Below, piece by piece: positions 1 to 8,539 of a stretch of 64,000 bases of DNA. The stretch is from contig CBDCSV010000010.1 in the NCBI GenBank assembly GCA_965221855.1, positions 131,650 through 195,649 of the forward strand. The letters run 5' to 3'. The first letter of the stretch is position 1. Each line of letters opens with the position of its first letter. The stretch is from Rhodospirillales bacterium (GTDB lineage Bacteria; Pseudomonadota; Alphaproteobacteria; Rhodospirillales; UBA2165). Under the pieces are notes generated by a model. The model searched no databases, had not been told where the DNA came from, and saw nothing but the letters and a program-made list of their open reading frames with translations. Position numbers and translations under genes: made by a program.

Positions 1-672
1 GAGGCCCACTACCAGCAGAAAAGCCACCCCGACCGCGGCCAGCTGACCGTGAGGACTGTCCTCGTCCAGACGGTTCGGGTTGACGACGGCGTGGGCCTTG
101 GGCAGGCCCGCTTCGGCCACGTGGTGGTCGACGACGATGACGTCGAGCCCCATCCCGGCCGCCGCCTCCAGGGGCTCGTACGCCGTGGTGCCGCAATCGA
201 CGGTGACCACGATGTCGACGCCCGCCTCCCTCAACCGCCGGAGCGCCGGTTCGTTGGGGCCGTAGCCTTCGTCGAGCCGGTCGGGAATATAGACCTCGAT
301 CTCGGTGCCGACGCCGCCGAAAAACCGCCTGAGCAGCGCGGACGACGTCGCGCCGTCGACGTCATAATCGCCGAAGACGGCGATCTTCTCGCCGTTCCTG
401 ACCGCCCGGGCCAGCCGCGCCACGGCCTTGTCCATGTCGATCAGGTGGGAGGGATCGGGCAGCAGCCGGTTGAGCCGGGGGTCGAGATAGGATGGGGCGT
501 CGTCGAGCCCGACGCCGCGGGCGGCCAGGACCCGCCCGACGATTTCCGGCAGGCCGAGCCGCTGGGCGATGGCGAGGCCGAGGCGGTCGTCCCCCGGCCG
601 CCGGACCCACCGCTTTCCGGAGAACGAGCGGCCGACGCCGTGGGCGAGCGCGTCTCCGTTCCGCCCGGCCAC
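1..672 (-). CDS. recJ: ssDNA exonuclease RecJ, 5' part (runs off window start)
   Basis: Manual translation from GTG 672: ...KIAVFGDYDVDGATSSALL...YIPDRLDEGYGPN (RecJ DHH motifs); not in the ORF track because it is truncated. Confidence 0.92.
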   Translation of the reverse strand, partial: MAGRNGDALAHGVGRSFSGKRWVRRPGDDRLGLAIAQRLGLPEIVGRVLAARGVGLDDAPSYLDPRLNRLLPDPSHLIDMDKAVARLARAVRNGEKIAVFGDYDVDGATSSALLRRFFGGVGTEIEVYIPDRLDEGYGPNEPALRRLREAGVDIVVTVDCGTTAYEPLEAAAGMGLDVIVVDHHVAEAGLPKAHAVVNPNRLDEDSPHGQLAAVGVAFLLVVGL

Positions 673-675
673 GGG

Positions 676-1647
676 CTAACCGTCAGCCGGATCGAATCCG
701 GTCTTGCGGGTGAAGTTGTGCTCGCCCTCGATATAGCGGACGGTGCCCGACTTGGAGCGCATGACCAGGGAATGTGTGGTGGCGCCGTCCTTGTAGCGCC
801 GGACGCCCCGCAGCATGGCGCCGTCGGTGACGCCGGTGGCGGCGAACATCACCTCGCCGCCGGCGAGCTGATCGAGCTCGTATTTCTGGCCGAAATCCTC
901 GATGCCCCAGCGGATTCCGCGCTGCCGCTCATCCTCGTTGCGGAACACCAGGCGGCCCTGCATCTGTCCGCCGATGCAGCGGAGCGCGGCCGCGGCAAGA
1001 ACCCCTTCGGGCGCGCCGCCGACCCCCATGTAGATGTCGACGCCGCTGTCGGCCTGGGCGGTGGCGATGACGCCCGAAACGTCGCCGTCGCCGACCAGCG
1101 AGATGCGGGCGCCGGCTTCGCGGGTCTTGGCGATGATCTCCTCGTGGCGGGGCCGGTCGAGGATGCAGGCAACGATGTCCCTCACGTCGACGCCCTTGGC
1201 CTTGGCCAGGTTCTTCAGGTTGACGCCGGTATCCTCGTCCAGGTCGACCACCCCGGCCGGCAGGCCGCCGCCGACGGCGATCTTCTGCATGTAGGTGTCG
1301 GGGGCGTTGAGGAAGCCGCCCTCCTCGGCCATGGCGATGACCGCCAGCGCGTTGGGGCCGCCCTTGGCGGTGATGGTGGTGCCTTCCAGCGGATCGAGGG
1401 CGATGTCGATCTTGGGCCCGTCGCCGCCGCCGACCTCTTCGCCGATATAAAGCATGGGCGCTTCGTCCCGCTCCCCCTCGCCGATACGGACGGTGCCTTC
1501 GATGTGCAGCGAGTTGAGGGCGCGGCGCATGGCGTCGACGGCCGCCTGATCGGCGGCTTTTTCATCGCCCCGGCCCATCAGGCGGGAAGCGGCGAGGGCC
1601 GCGGCCTCGGTCACCCGGACCGCTTCCAGGGCCAGGTTCCGGTCCAT
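676..1647 (-). CDS. glpX: Class II fructose-1,6-bisphosphatase
   Basis: MDRNLALEAVRVTEAAA...GEGERDEAPMLYIGE...DPLEGT; start set to ATG 1647. Confidence 0.95.
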   Translation of the reverse strand: MDRNLALEAVRVTEAAALAASRLMGRGDEKAADQAAVDAMRRALNSLHIEGTVRIGEGERDEAPMLYIGEEVGGGDGPKIDIALDPLEGTTITAKGGPNALAVIAMAEEGGFLNAPDTYMQKIAVGGGLPAGVVDLDEDTGVNLKNLAKAKGVDVRDIVACILDRPRHEEIIAKTREAGARISLVGDGDVSGVIATAQADSGVDIYMGVGGAPEGVLAAAALRCIGGQMQGRLVFRNEDERQRGIRWGIEDFGQKYELDQLAGGEVMFAATGVTDGAMLRGVRRYKDGATTHSLVMRSKSGTVRYIEGEHNFTRKTGFDPADG

Positions 1648-1779
1648 CTTGGCGTCCCGCATGATGGGTTGTTCAGACACGGACATGGTCGCCCCCTCCG
1701 GCATTCTTGCCTCCCATTGGCCGCCCATTGGCCTCCCTTCGGCCTTCCTCGGATTGTCCCGCCGATGGCGGGATTTCCG

Positions 1780-3075
1780 CTAACCGAACGACACGATCCG
1801 GATCAATCGCGTCGGCTCCAATACAGCATCCGATTCGGCGATCGCGTCAATGGTCGCCGCGACCGAATCATCCCGGGTTTCGTGGGTGGTCAGCACCACT
1901 TCCACCGCTTCGCCGGGCGCGCGGCCCCGCTGGATGATCGCCTCCATTGAAACATTGTTTTCGTTCAGTGCCGAGGCAATTTCCGCGAAAACGCCGGGCC
2001 GGTCGACCACCGTCAGGCGCAGGTAGTAACGCCCCGTGCGCTGGCTGATGGGGGACGGGCTCGGCTGGGTGAGTTCCGCGCAGGGTACGCCGAAGGCCGG
2101 CGCCATGCGGCCGCGCGCGATATCCACCAGATCGGCGACCACCGCCGAGGCGGTCGGGCCCGCGCCGGCGCCCCTGCCCTCGTACATGGTGGTCTCGACG
2201 GCGTCGCCGTCGACCACCACGGCGTTGAACACGTCCTCGATATGGGCGATCGGGTCGGCGAGCGGCACCATGCAGGGATGCACCCGCTGCTCGATCCCCG
2301 ACGGCGTGCGCCGGGCAATGCCCAGCAGCTTGATCCGGTAGCCGAGTTCCTGGGCGAACTCGAAATCCAGCGGCGAGACGTGGCGGATTCCCTCGGTATA
2401 GATCGAATCGAAGTCGACCTCCGTGCCGAACGCCAGGCTGGCGAGGATGGCCAGCTTGTGGGCCGTATCGACGCCATCGACGTCGAATGCCGGGTCCGCC
2501 TCGGCATAGCCCAGTTCCTGCGCCTCGGCGAGCACCTCGTCGAATCCGCGGCCGGTCTCGCGCATGGTCGACAGGATGTAATTGCAGGTCCCGTTGAGGA
2601 TGCCGTAGACCCGGTCGAAACTGTTGGCCGCCAGACCCTCGCGGAGCGCCTTGACGATCGGAATGCCGCCCGCCACCGCCGCCTCGTAGGCCAAGGCGAC
2701 GCCGGCGCCCTCGGCCGCGCGGGCCAGTTCCGTTCCATGATGCGCCAGCAGCGCCTTGTTGGCGGTGACCACGTGGCGGCCCGCGCCGAGCGCGCTGTCG
2801 ACCACGGACTTCGCGATGCCGTCGGAGCCGCCGATGAGTTCGATGACCACCTCGGCGTCGGCTTTCCCGGCCATCTCGGCCGCATCGTCGTACCACTCGC
2901 ACGCCTCCAGGGCGATGCCCCGGTCCTTGGACCGGTCGCGGGCCGAAACGGCGACCACCTCGAGTTCCCGGCCGCAGCGCCGGGTCAGAAGCCCGGCGTG
3001 GGTATCCAGCACCCGGATAACGCCGGCGCCCACCGTACCGAGCCCGGCAACGGCAATGGTCAATGGCTTGCTCAA
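1780..3075 (-). CDS. hom: Homoserine dehydrogenase with C-terminal ACT domain
   Basis: C-terminal part of ORF 1780..4092: IAVAGLGTVG, VVTANKA, GILNGTCNYIL, GYAEADP; TTG start overlaps the alaC stop (TTGA). Confidence 0.93.
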   Translation of the reverse strand: MSKPLTIAVAGLGTVGAGVIRVLDTHAGLLTRRCGRELEVVAVSARDRSKDRGIALEACEWYDDAAEMAGKADAEVVIELIGGSDGIAKSVVDSALGAGRHVVTANKALLAHHGTELARAAEGAGVALAYEAAVAGGIPIVKALREGLAANSFDRVYGILNGTCNYILSTMRETGRGFDEVLAEAQELGYAEADPAFDVDGVDTAHKLAILASLAFGTEVDFDSIYTEGIRHVSPLDFEFAQELGYRIKLLGIARRTPSGIEQRVHPCMVPLADPIAHIEDVFNAVVVDGDAVETTMYEGRGAGAGPTASAVVADLVDIARGRMAPAFGVPCAELTQPSPSPISQRTGRYYLRLTVVDRPGVFAEIASALNENNVSMEAIIQRGRAPGEAVEVVLTTHETRDDSVAATIDAIAESDAVLEPTRLIRIVSFG

Positions 3076-4295
3076 GATGCGGCTGCCCGGCGGTGCTCTG
3101 TTCTTTCCGGGGCGTCGCCATAGGAGCCGAGGAAGGCCTTGACGTTCCGCGCCGCCTGGCGGATGCGCTGCGGGTTCTCCACCAGGGAGACCCGGACGAA
3201 CCCGTCGCCGCGCTCGCCGAAGGCGATCCCCGGCGACACCGCCACCTTGGCCTCGCCCAGCAGCAACTTGGAGAACTCCACCGAACCCAGGTGCTCCAGC
3301 GCGGGCGGGATCGGGGCCCAGGCGAACATGGTCGCGGGCGGGCTCGGAATGTCCCAGCCGGCCCCGGCCATGCTCTCGACCAGCACGTCGCGGCGGTGCT
3401 TGTAGAGCGCGCGGATTTCGCCGACGCACTCCTGCGGGCCGTTCAGCGCGGCGGTCGCCGCGACCTGGATCGGCGTGAAGGCGCCGTAATCGAGGTAGGA
3501 CTTGATCCGCGCCAAGGCCGCGATCAGGCGCTTGTTCCCGGTGGCGAAACCGACCCGCCAGCCGGGCATGGAATAGGTCTTGCTCATGGACGAGAACTCG
3601 ACGGCGATCTCCCGGGCGCCCGGAACCTGCAGGATCGACGGCGGCGGGTTGCCGTCGAAATAGAGCTCCGCATAGGCCACATCCGACAAAATATAGATGC
3701 CGTGACGGCGGCAGAAATCCACCACGCGGCCATAGAATTCGAGATCGGTGGTGATGGCCGTCGGATTGTTCGGGTAGTTCAGCACCACGGCGGTGGGCTT
3801 GGGCACCGAATGGATGACGGCGCGCTCCAATGCCTCGAAGAACACCTCGTCGGTGGCCACCGGAATGTTCCGCACGCTCGAGCCGGCGATGATGAAGCCG
3901 AACTGGTGGATCGGATAGCTGGGATTGGGCACCAAGATGACGTCGCCGGGGCTGGTAATGGCCGAGGCGAGGTTGGCCAAACCCTCCTTGGAGCCCAGGG
4001 TCACGATGGTTTCGCTCTCGGGATCCACCTCGACGCCGAAGCGGCGCGCATAGTACGCCGCGTTGGCCCGGCGCAGGCCCGGAATGCCGCACGACGCCGA
4101 ATAGCGGTGGGTCCTGGGATCGGTCACCGTCTCGGTGAGTTTTTCGACGATGTGGGGCGGCGTCGGACTGTCCGGATTGCCCATCCCGAAGTCGATGATG
4201 TCCTCACCGGCCGCGCGCGCCTTCGCCTTCATCGAATTGACTTCGTTGAAGACGTACGGCGGCAGCCGCTTTATCCGGTGAAATTCCTGTTCCAT
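3072..4295 (-). CDS. alaC: PLP-dependent class I/II aminotransferase (AlaC / LL-DAP aminotransferase-like)
   Basis: IKRLPPYVF, DFGMGNPD, SDVAY, SMSKTYSMPGWRVGF; usual position upstream of hom. Confidence 0.85.
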   Translation of the reverse strand: MEQEFHRIKRLPPYVFNEVNSMKAKARAAGEDIIDFGMGNPDSPTPPHIVEKLTETVTDPRTHRYSASCGIPGLRRANAAYYARRFGVEVDPESETIVTLGSKEGLANLASAITSPGDVILVPNPSYPIHQFGFIIAGSSVRNIPVATDEVFFEALERAVIHSVPKPTAVVLNYPNNPTAITTDLEFYGRVVDFCRRHGIYILSDVAYAELYFDGNPPPSILQVPGAREIAVEFSSMSKTYSMPGWRVGFATGNKRLIAALARIKSYLDYGAFTPIQVAATAALNGPQECVGEIRALYKHRRDVLVESMAGAGWDIPSPPATMFAWAPIPPALEHLGSVEFSKLLLGEAKVAVSPGIAFGERGDGFVRVSLVENPQRIRQAARNVKAFLGSYGDAPERTEHRRAAAS

Positions 4296-4374
4296 GGCCC
4301 TATGACGGCGCTCGCCGGCGCCCCTTCCATTGGCTTAATCAACTGCCAGAGTGGGGGGTTTAACGCCCTTGGGC

Positions 4375-5220
4375 CTAGAAATCGATAAAAATCTCGGCTC
4401 GCCGGTTGCCGGCTTCTCCCGATGGCAGGTACTCGTGATACCGGGGATACTGGGAGGACACCGCGCCGACGAACAAACTGCCGGGCCGGGCGCCGATTCT
4501 GATCAGCTCCCGGGCCACCGCATCGGCGCGGGCCGCGGAGACCCGAAGCTTCACCTCCTTGTGCCGGACTTCGTCTTCGGTTGCGATCCGGCGGCTGGCA
4601 TGGCCGACGATCCGGATGGTGCCGCCGGTCTGGCGCTGCTGGGCGAAGACCTGGCGGATGATCCGCCGGTCCCGGGCATTGAGCCTGGACGACCCGTTGT
4701 CGAACTGAATGGTCGCCACCTGATAGGAACCCCGGACCGCCGCCGGGTTGAAATCCGAGAGGCTCTGGACGCCGCCGGGAGGGGGCGCCGCGGCCCCGGG
4801 CGATTTTTGGGGGGATGTCCGGGGCGATGCCTGGAGCGGATTTACCGGATCGCCCTGGCGGCGGACGGCGTTCCTGGAATAACGCCGGGCGCCCTCCCGG
4901 TCCGAAACCAGGCCGCGCTGGGTTTGGGCGCGCTGCTCCCGGGACGAGGTGACGGGCCGCTCGGGCACGGTGTTCAGATTGGGGATGGGCTGACCGGCGC
5001 CCGGGGCCGCCTGCCCGCGCCCGTCCCGAAGCCCGTCCTGGGCATTCTCCGGAGCCCGCGACCGGCCGTCGCCGCCGAAGACGAAATCGCGCGCGCCCTC
5101 GCGCCATTCCGCGGGGTTGACGGCGTCGGGGATCGAGGAACATCCGGCAAGCAACGCGGCCAGACCCACGGCAAGAAACCGCCGCGGCCGCTTGATCCGT
5201 TTAGACGCCAATCTACTCAT
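4375..5220 (-). CDS. OmpA-family lipoprotein, short paralog
   Basis: Lipobox LAGC; C-terminal IQFDNGSS...IVGHAS...RADAVA...NRRAEI OmpA-like domain. Confidence 0.85.
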   Translation of the reverse strand: MSRLASKRIKRPRRFLAVGLAALLAGCSSIPDAVNPAEWREGARDFVFGGDGRSRAPENAQDGLRDGRGQAAPGAGQPIPNLNTVPERPVTSSREQRAQTQRGLVSDREGARRYSRNAVRRQGDPVNPLQASPRTSPQKSPGAAAPPPGGVQSLSDFNPAAVRGSYQVATIQFDNGSSRLNARDRRIIRQVFAQQRQTGGTIRIVGHASRRIATEDEVRHKEVKLRVSAARADAVARELIRIGARPGSLFVGAVSSQYPRYHEYLPSGEAGNRRAEIFIDF

Positions 5221-5390
5221 CGCTGATGTGCCCCTCCTGTATTGGCCGAATCGCGTTTACCGATTCGGCGCTCACCCGGCTGGCCAAGGGTTAATGGATT
5301 GCAAGGACCGGCGGGATTCCGTCCCGCCTGCATGGATGGAAGCCATATGGGGGCCTCATATACGAGTCGGCGCGTTCGGCCAAGACGGAA

Positions 5391-5467
5391 TCATCCAACC
5401 GTCGACTTGATGTGCCTCGCGGCCATCTCCGCGTAATGGGCGCACCGGCCGGCATGACGCCTTCAAA
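5391..5467 (-). pseudogene. Gamma-carbonic-anhydrase remnant with a large internal deletion
   Basis: Encodes FEGVMP joined to (R)CAHYAEMAARHIKSTVG*, matching both ends of the intact gene at 6873-7415. Confidence 0.85.
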
Positions 5468-5518
5468 TTCCATTGGCTGATTCACCGGGGGCTTAACGCC
5501 CTTTGGCCTAGAGCCGAT

Positions 5519-6715
5519 CTAGAAATCGATAAAAATCTCGGCTCGCCGGTTGCCGGCTTCTCCCGAGGGCATGTATTCGTGATACCGGGGATACTGGGAG
5601 GACACCGCGCCGACGAACAAACTGCCGGGCCGGGCGCCGATTCTGATCAGCTCCCGGGCCACCGCATCGGCGCGGGCCGCGGAGACCCGAAGGTTCACCT
5701 CCTTGTGCCGGATCAGGTCCATGTTCGCGGTCCGGCGGCTGGCATGGCCGACGATCCGGATGGTGCCGCCGGTCTGGCGCTGCTGGGCGAAGACCTGGCG
5801 GATGATCCGCCGGTCCCGGGCATTGAGGCGGGACGACCCGTTGTCGAACTGAATGGTCGCCACCTGATAGGAACCGCGCCCCGCCGCCGGGCTGAATTCC
5901 GAGAGCCTCTGGAAGCCGCCGACCTTGGAGGCGGCGTCGGCGCCGGGCGGAAGCGCCGGGCGCGCGGCGCCGGGCGACAACGCCGGCGGGCCGATGGAGG
6001 CGCCGCGCGCGGTTTGGACGCCCGCGCTGGAGATCACAATGGTTCCTGGGGTTTCAGGCCCGCCGCCGTCAACCGCCGGCGCGGCCTGCCGGCGTTGCGG
6101 CGTGGGGCGCGGGGCCGGCGCGGCTTTCGGCGCCGGTTGCGGGGCTGATGCGGCCGTCGGGGGTGTCGGCGGTGTCGGCGCGGCTTGCCGCGGCGGGGGA
6201 GCCGGTCTCGGTGCGGGCGCCGCCGCAGCCGGAGGCCGGGGAGACGGCGTCGCCGTGCGGGGCGGCGTCTCGATCCGGGGCGCCGCGGCCCCGGGCGATT
6301 TTTGGGGGGATGTCCGGGGCGATGCCTGGAGCGGATTTACCGGATCGCCCTGGCGGCGGACCGCGTCGTTGGAATAGCGCCGGGCGCCCTCCCGGTCCGA
6401 AACCAGGCCGCGCTGGGTTTTGGCGCGCTGCTCCCGCGACGAGGGCTTGGGCCGCTCGGGCACGGTGTTCAGATCGGGGATGGGCTGACCGGCGCCCGGG
6501 GCCGCCTGCCCGCGCCCGGCCCGAGGATCGTTCTGGGCAGTCTCCGCCGCCCGCGTTTGGCCGTCGCTGTCCAAGACGAGATCGCGCGCGCCTTTGAACC
6601 ATTCCACGGGGTTGATGGCGTCGGGGATCGAGGAACATCCGGCAAGCAGCGCGACCACACTCACCGCGAGAATTCGCCGCCGCCGCTTGATCCGTCTACG
6701 TGCCGATCTACGCAT
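5519..6715 (-). CDS. OmpA-family lipoprotein, long paralog with Pro/Ala-rich linker
   Basis: MRRSARRRIKRRRRILAVSVVALLAGC lipobox; same N- and C-terminal blocks as 4375..5220. Confidence 0.85.
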   Translation of the reverse strand: MRRSARRRIKRRRRILAVSVVALLAGCSSIPDAINPVEWFKGARDLVLDSDGQTRAAETAQNDPRAGRGQAAPGAGQPIPDLNTVPERPKPSSREQRAKTQRGLVSDREGARRYSNDAVRRQGDPVNPLQASPRTSPQKSPGAAAPRIETPPRTATPSPRPPAAAAPAPRPAPPPRQAAPTPPTPPTAASAPQPAPKAAPAPRPTPQRRQAAPAVDGGGPETPGTIVISSAGVQTARGASIGPPALSPGAARPALPPGADAASKVGGFQRLSEFSPAAGRGSYQVATIQFDNGSSRLNARDRRIIRQVFAQQRQTGGTIRIVGHASRRTANMDLIRHKEVNLRVSAARADAVARELIRIGARPGSLFVGAVSSQYPRYHEYMPSGEAGNRRAEIFIDF

Positions 6716-6872
6716 CGTCGGTGCGCCCTTCGTCAGTTGACCGAATGCCGTTAACCGATTCGGCGCCCACCCTGCCATCCAAGGGTTAACAGATTGCAAA
6801 CATCGGCGGGATTCCGTCCCGCCTGCCTGGATGCGGCTCGTATTCGAGCCGGCCCGTTCGGCCAAGGCGGAA

Positions 6873-7415
6873 TCAGCCGCTGATGGACTTGATGTGCCGC
6901 TCGGCCATTTCCGCGTAGTGGGCGCACTGGTCGGGCCACTGGGCGACTTCCTCGTCCCGCAGGCCGCGCCAGTACTTCGCCGGATTGCCGGCCCACAGCT
7001 CGCCCTTCCTGACGCGCTTCCCGGGCGTCACCAGCGACCCGGCGGCGACCATGGCGCCCGTCTCCACCACCGCATTGTCCATGACCGTGGCGCCCATGCC
7101 GATGAAACACCCGTCCTCCAGCGTGCATCCGTGCAGCAGGCAGGAGTGGCCGACCAGGACGTCCGAGCCGATGAACGTATCGGCGATGCCTTCGGTGATG
7201 TGAACCACCGTATTGTCCTGGAGATTGGTGCCGCCGCCGACCTCGATGGTGCCGCAATCCCCGCGAAGCACGCAGCCATACCAGATGCTCGACCGGGACC
7301 CGATGGCGGTTTTGCCGATCACCGTCGCGGCGGGGGCGATGAACGCGTCTTCGGCAATGTCCGGCATGACGCCTTCGAAGGGGAGAATGAGTCCGTGTCC
7401 GTGCATGGATGACAT
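6873..7415 (-). CDS. Gamma carbonic anhydrase family (YrdA-like) hexapeptide-repeat protein
   Basis: AFIAPAATVIG, IWYGCVLRGD, NLQDNTVVH, VGHSCLLHGC. Confidence 0.92.
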   Translation of the reverse strand: MSSMHGHGLILPFEGVMPDIAEDAFIAPAATVIGKTAIGSRSSIWYGCVLRGDCGTIEVGGGTNLQDNTVVHITEGIADTFIGSDVLVGHSCLLHGCTLEDGCFIGMGATVMDNAVVETGAMVAAGSLVTPGKRVRKGELWAGNPAKYWRGLRDEEVAQWPDQCAHYAEMAERHIKSISG

Positions 7416-7565
7416 CCGGTTGATGTGGGCGGAATGCGGAAACCTAGATCACCCCAGGCGCCGCGCCAAGGCCGGGGGCGGCAACACGGGTGAACGGGGG
7501 CGGATACCGGGCATCGTTTCCCGTCGGGACGGAACGGATTACCGCCTGGGCTTCGATATTTGATC

Positions 7566-7594
7566 TTGAGACCATAATGGTCTCGCATTATGTT
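7566..7594 (+). promoter_or_regulatory. Sigma70-type promoter of higBA with palindromic operator
   Basis: TTGAGA-17bp-TATGTT; perfect inverted repeat GAGACCAT-A-ATGGTCTC (7568-7584) overlapping the -35 box and spacer. Confidence 0.65.
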
Positions 7595-7603
7595 GGGGCT
7601 CAA

Positions 7604-7927
7604 ATGAGGATAATTGCCCGCCGCACCTTGCGGGAGTTTGTCGAGAGTCTCGCGGGGCGAAAGGATCAGCCGGCAGTGAAGGCCGCGCTCGATGCTTGGT
7701 TCGATGAAGTCGGCAAGGCGGAGTGGGCGAATTCCGCCGGTGTGAAGAGACACTACGCCACGGCCAGCATCGTCAACGCCGAGCGGATTGTCTTCAACAT
7801 CAAGGGCAATGACTACCGCTTGGTGGTGGCGGTCGATTTCGAAAAGGGTATCGTCTGGATCAAGTGGATCGGCACCCACAAGGCATATGACAGGATAGAC
7901 GCAGCCGAGGTGAGACATGGCGACTGA
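7604..7927 (+). CDS. higB: Type II toxin HigB (RelE superfamily)
   Basis: MRIIARRTLREF...ALDAWF...ERIVFNIKGNDYRLVV...WIGTHKAYD. Confidence 0.9.
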   Translation: MRIIARRTLREFVESLAGRKDQPAVKAALDAWFDEVGKAEWANSAGVKRHYATASIVNAERIVFNIKGNDYRLVVAVDFEKGIVWIKWIGTHKAYDRIDAAEVRHGD

Positions 7928-8297
7928 ACTGAGACCCATCCGCTCCGAAGCAGACTACGAGGCGGCGCTCGAAGAGGCCGAACGCCTTTGGGGCGCCGGG
8001 AGCGGCACGCCGGACGGCGACCGTCTCGATGTGCTTGCCACACTGATCGAAGTATACGAGGCGAAGCACTATCCCATGGACCCGCCCGACCCGGTCGAGG
8101 CGATCCGGTTCCGGATGGAGCAGTTGGGCCTGACCCGCAAGGACCTGGAGCCGATGATCGGTCCCCGCAACCGGGTGGCGGACGTTCTCAACCGCAAGCG
8201 CGGCTTGTCCATCGACATGATCCGGCAATTGCATGAACATCTCGGGATTTCCGCCGAAGTGCTGATCCGGCCGAGCCGCTTCGACAAGGTTGCATGA
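7917..8297 (+). CDS. higA: HigA antitoxin, HTH
   Basis: RPIRSEADYEAAL...DPVEAIRFRMEQLGLTRKDL...LSIDMIRQLHEHLGI; overlaps higB. Confidence 0.9.
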   Translation: MATELRPIRSEADYEAALEEAERLWGAGSGTPDGDRLDVLATLIEVYEAKHYPMDPPDPVEAIRFRMEQLGLTRKDLEPMIGPRNRVADVLNRKRGLSIDMIRQLHEHLGISAEVLIRPSRFDKVA

Positions 8298-8354
8298 TCG
8301 GTTTCACCTGATGCGCCTATCTTGGAACGAGGTTCGCGCCCGCGCGCGGCCGCA

Positions 8355-8422
8355 CCCCCTCACTCTCATAATCTTATGACCCCCTCACCCTGACCCTCTC
8401 CCCCTGGAGAAGGGGGAGAGGG
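8355..8422. repeat. REP-like hairpin element
   Basis: CCCCTCACCCTGACCCTCTCCCCCT-ggagaa-GGGGGAGAGGG; same family at 10.4, 14.9, 16.5, 23.7 and 47.3 kb. Confidence 0.8.
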
Positions 8423-8450
8423 AACGCATGGCGTGCCCCCCTCCTCCCGG

Positions 8451-8479
8451 TTGACAATAGGGGCGTTTTCCCGTACTTC
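8451..8479 (+). promoter_or_regulatory. Sigma70-type promoter of the DEAD-box helicase
   Basis: TTGACA-17bp-TACTTC, 60 bp before ATG 8540. Confidence 0.55.
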
Positions 8480-8539
8480 CCGCCGCCATAAACGGTTCCC
8501 CTGGAATTGGAACCGGTCATAATTCCGGACGATACCCGA

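Noticed and set aside
49-1950. Long opposite-strand or alternate-frame ORFs (e.g. 49..1950, 29110..32280, 35248..37272, 40875..42983, 55493..57061)
   Set aside because: Shadow ORFs of well-supported genes, typical of high-GC DNA; no recognisable motifs
3076-4092. Apparent 770-aa homoserine dehydrogenase with a long N-terminal extension
   Set aside because: The extension overlaps alaC in another frame; hom starts at the TTGA overlap (3075)
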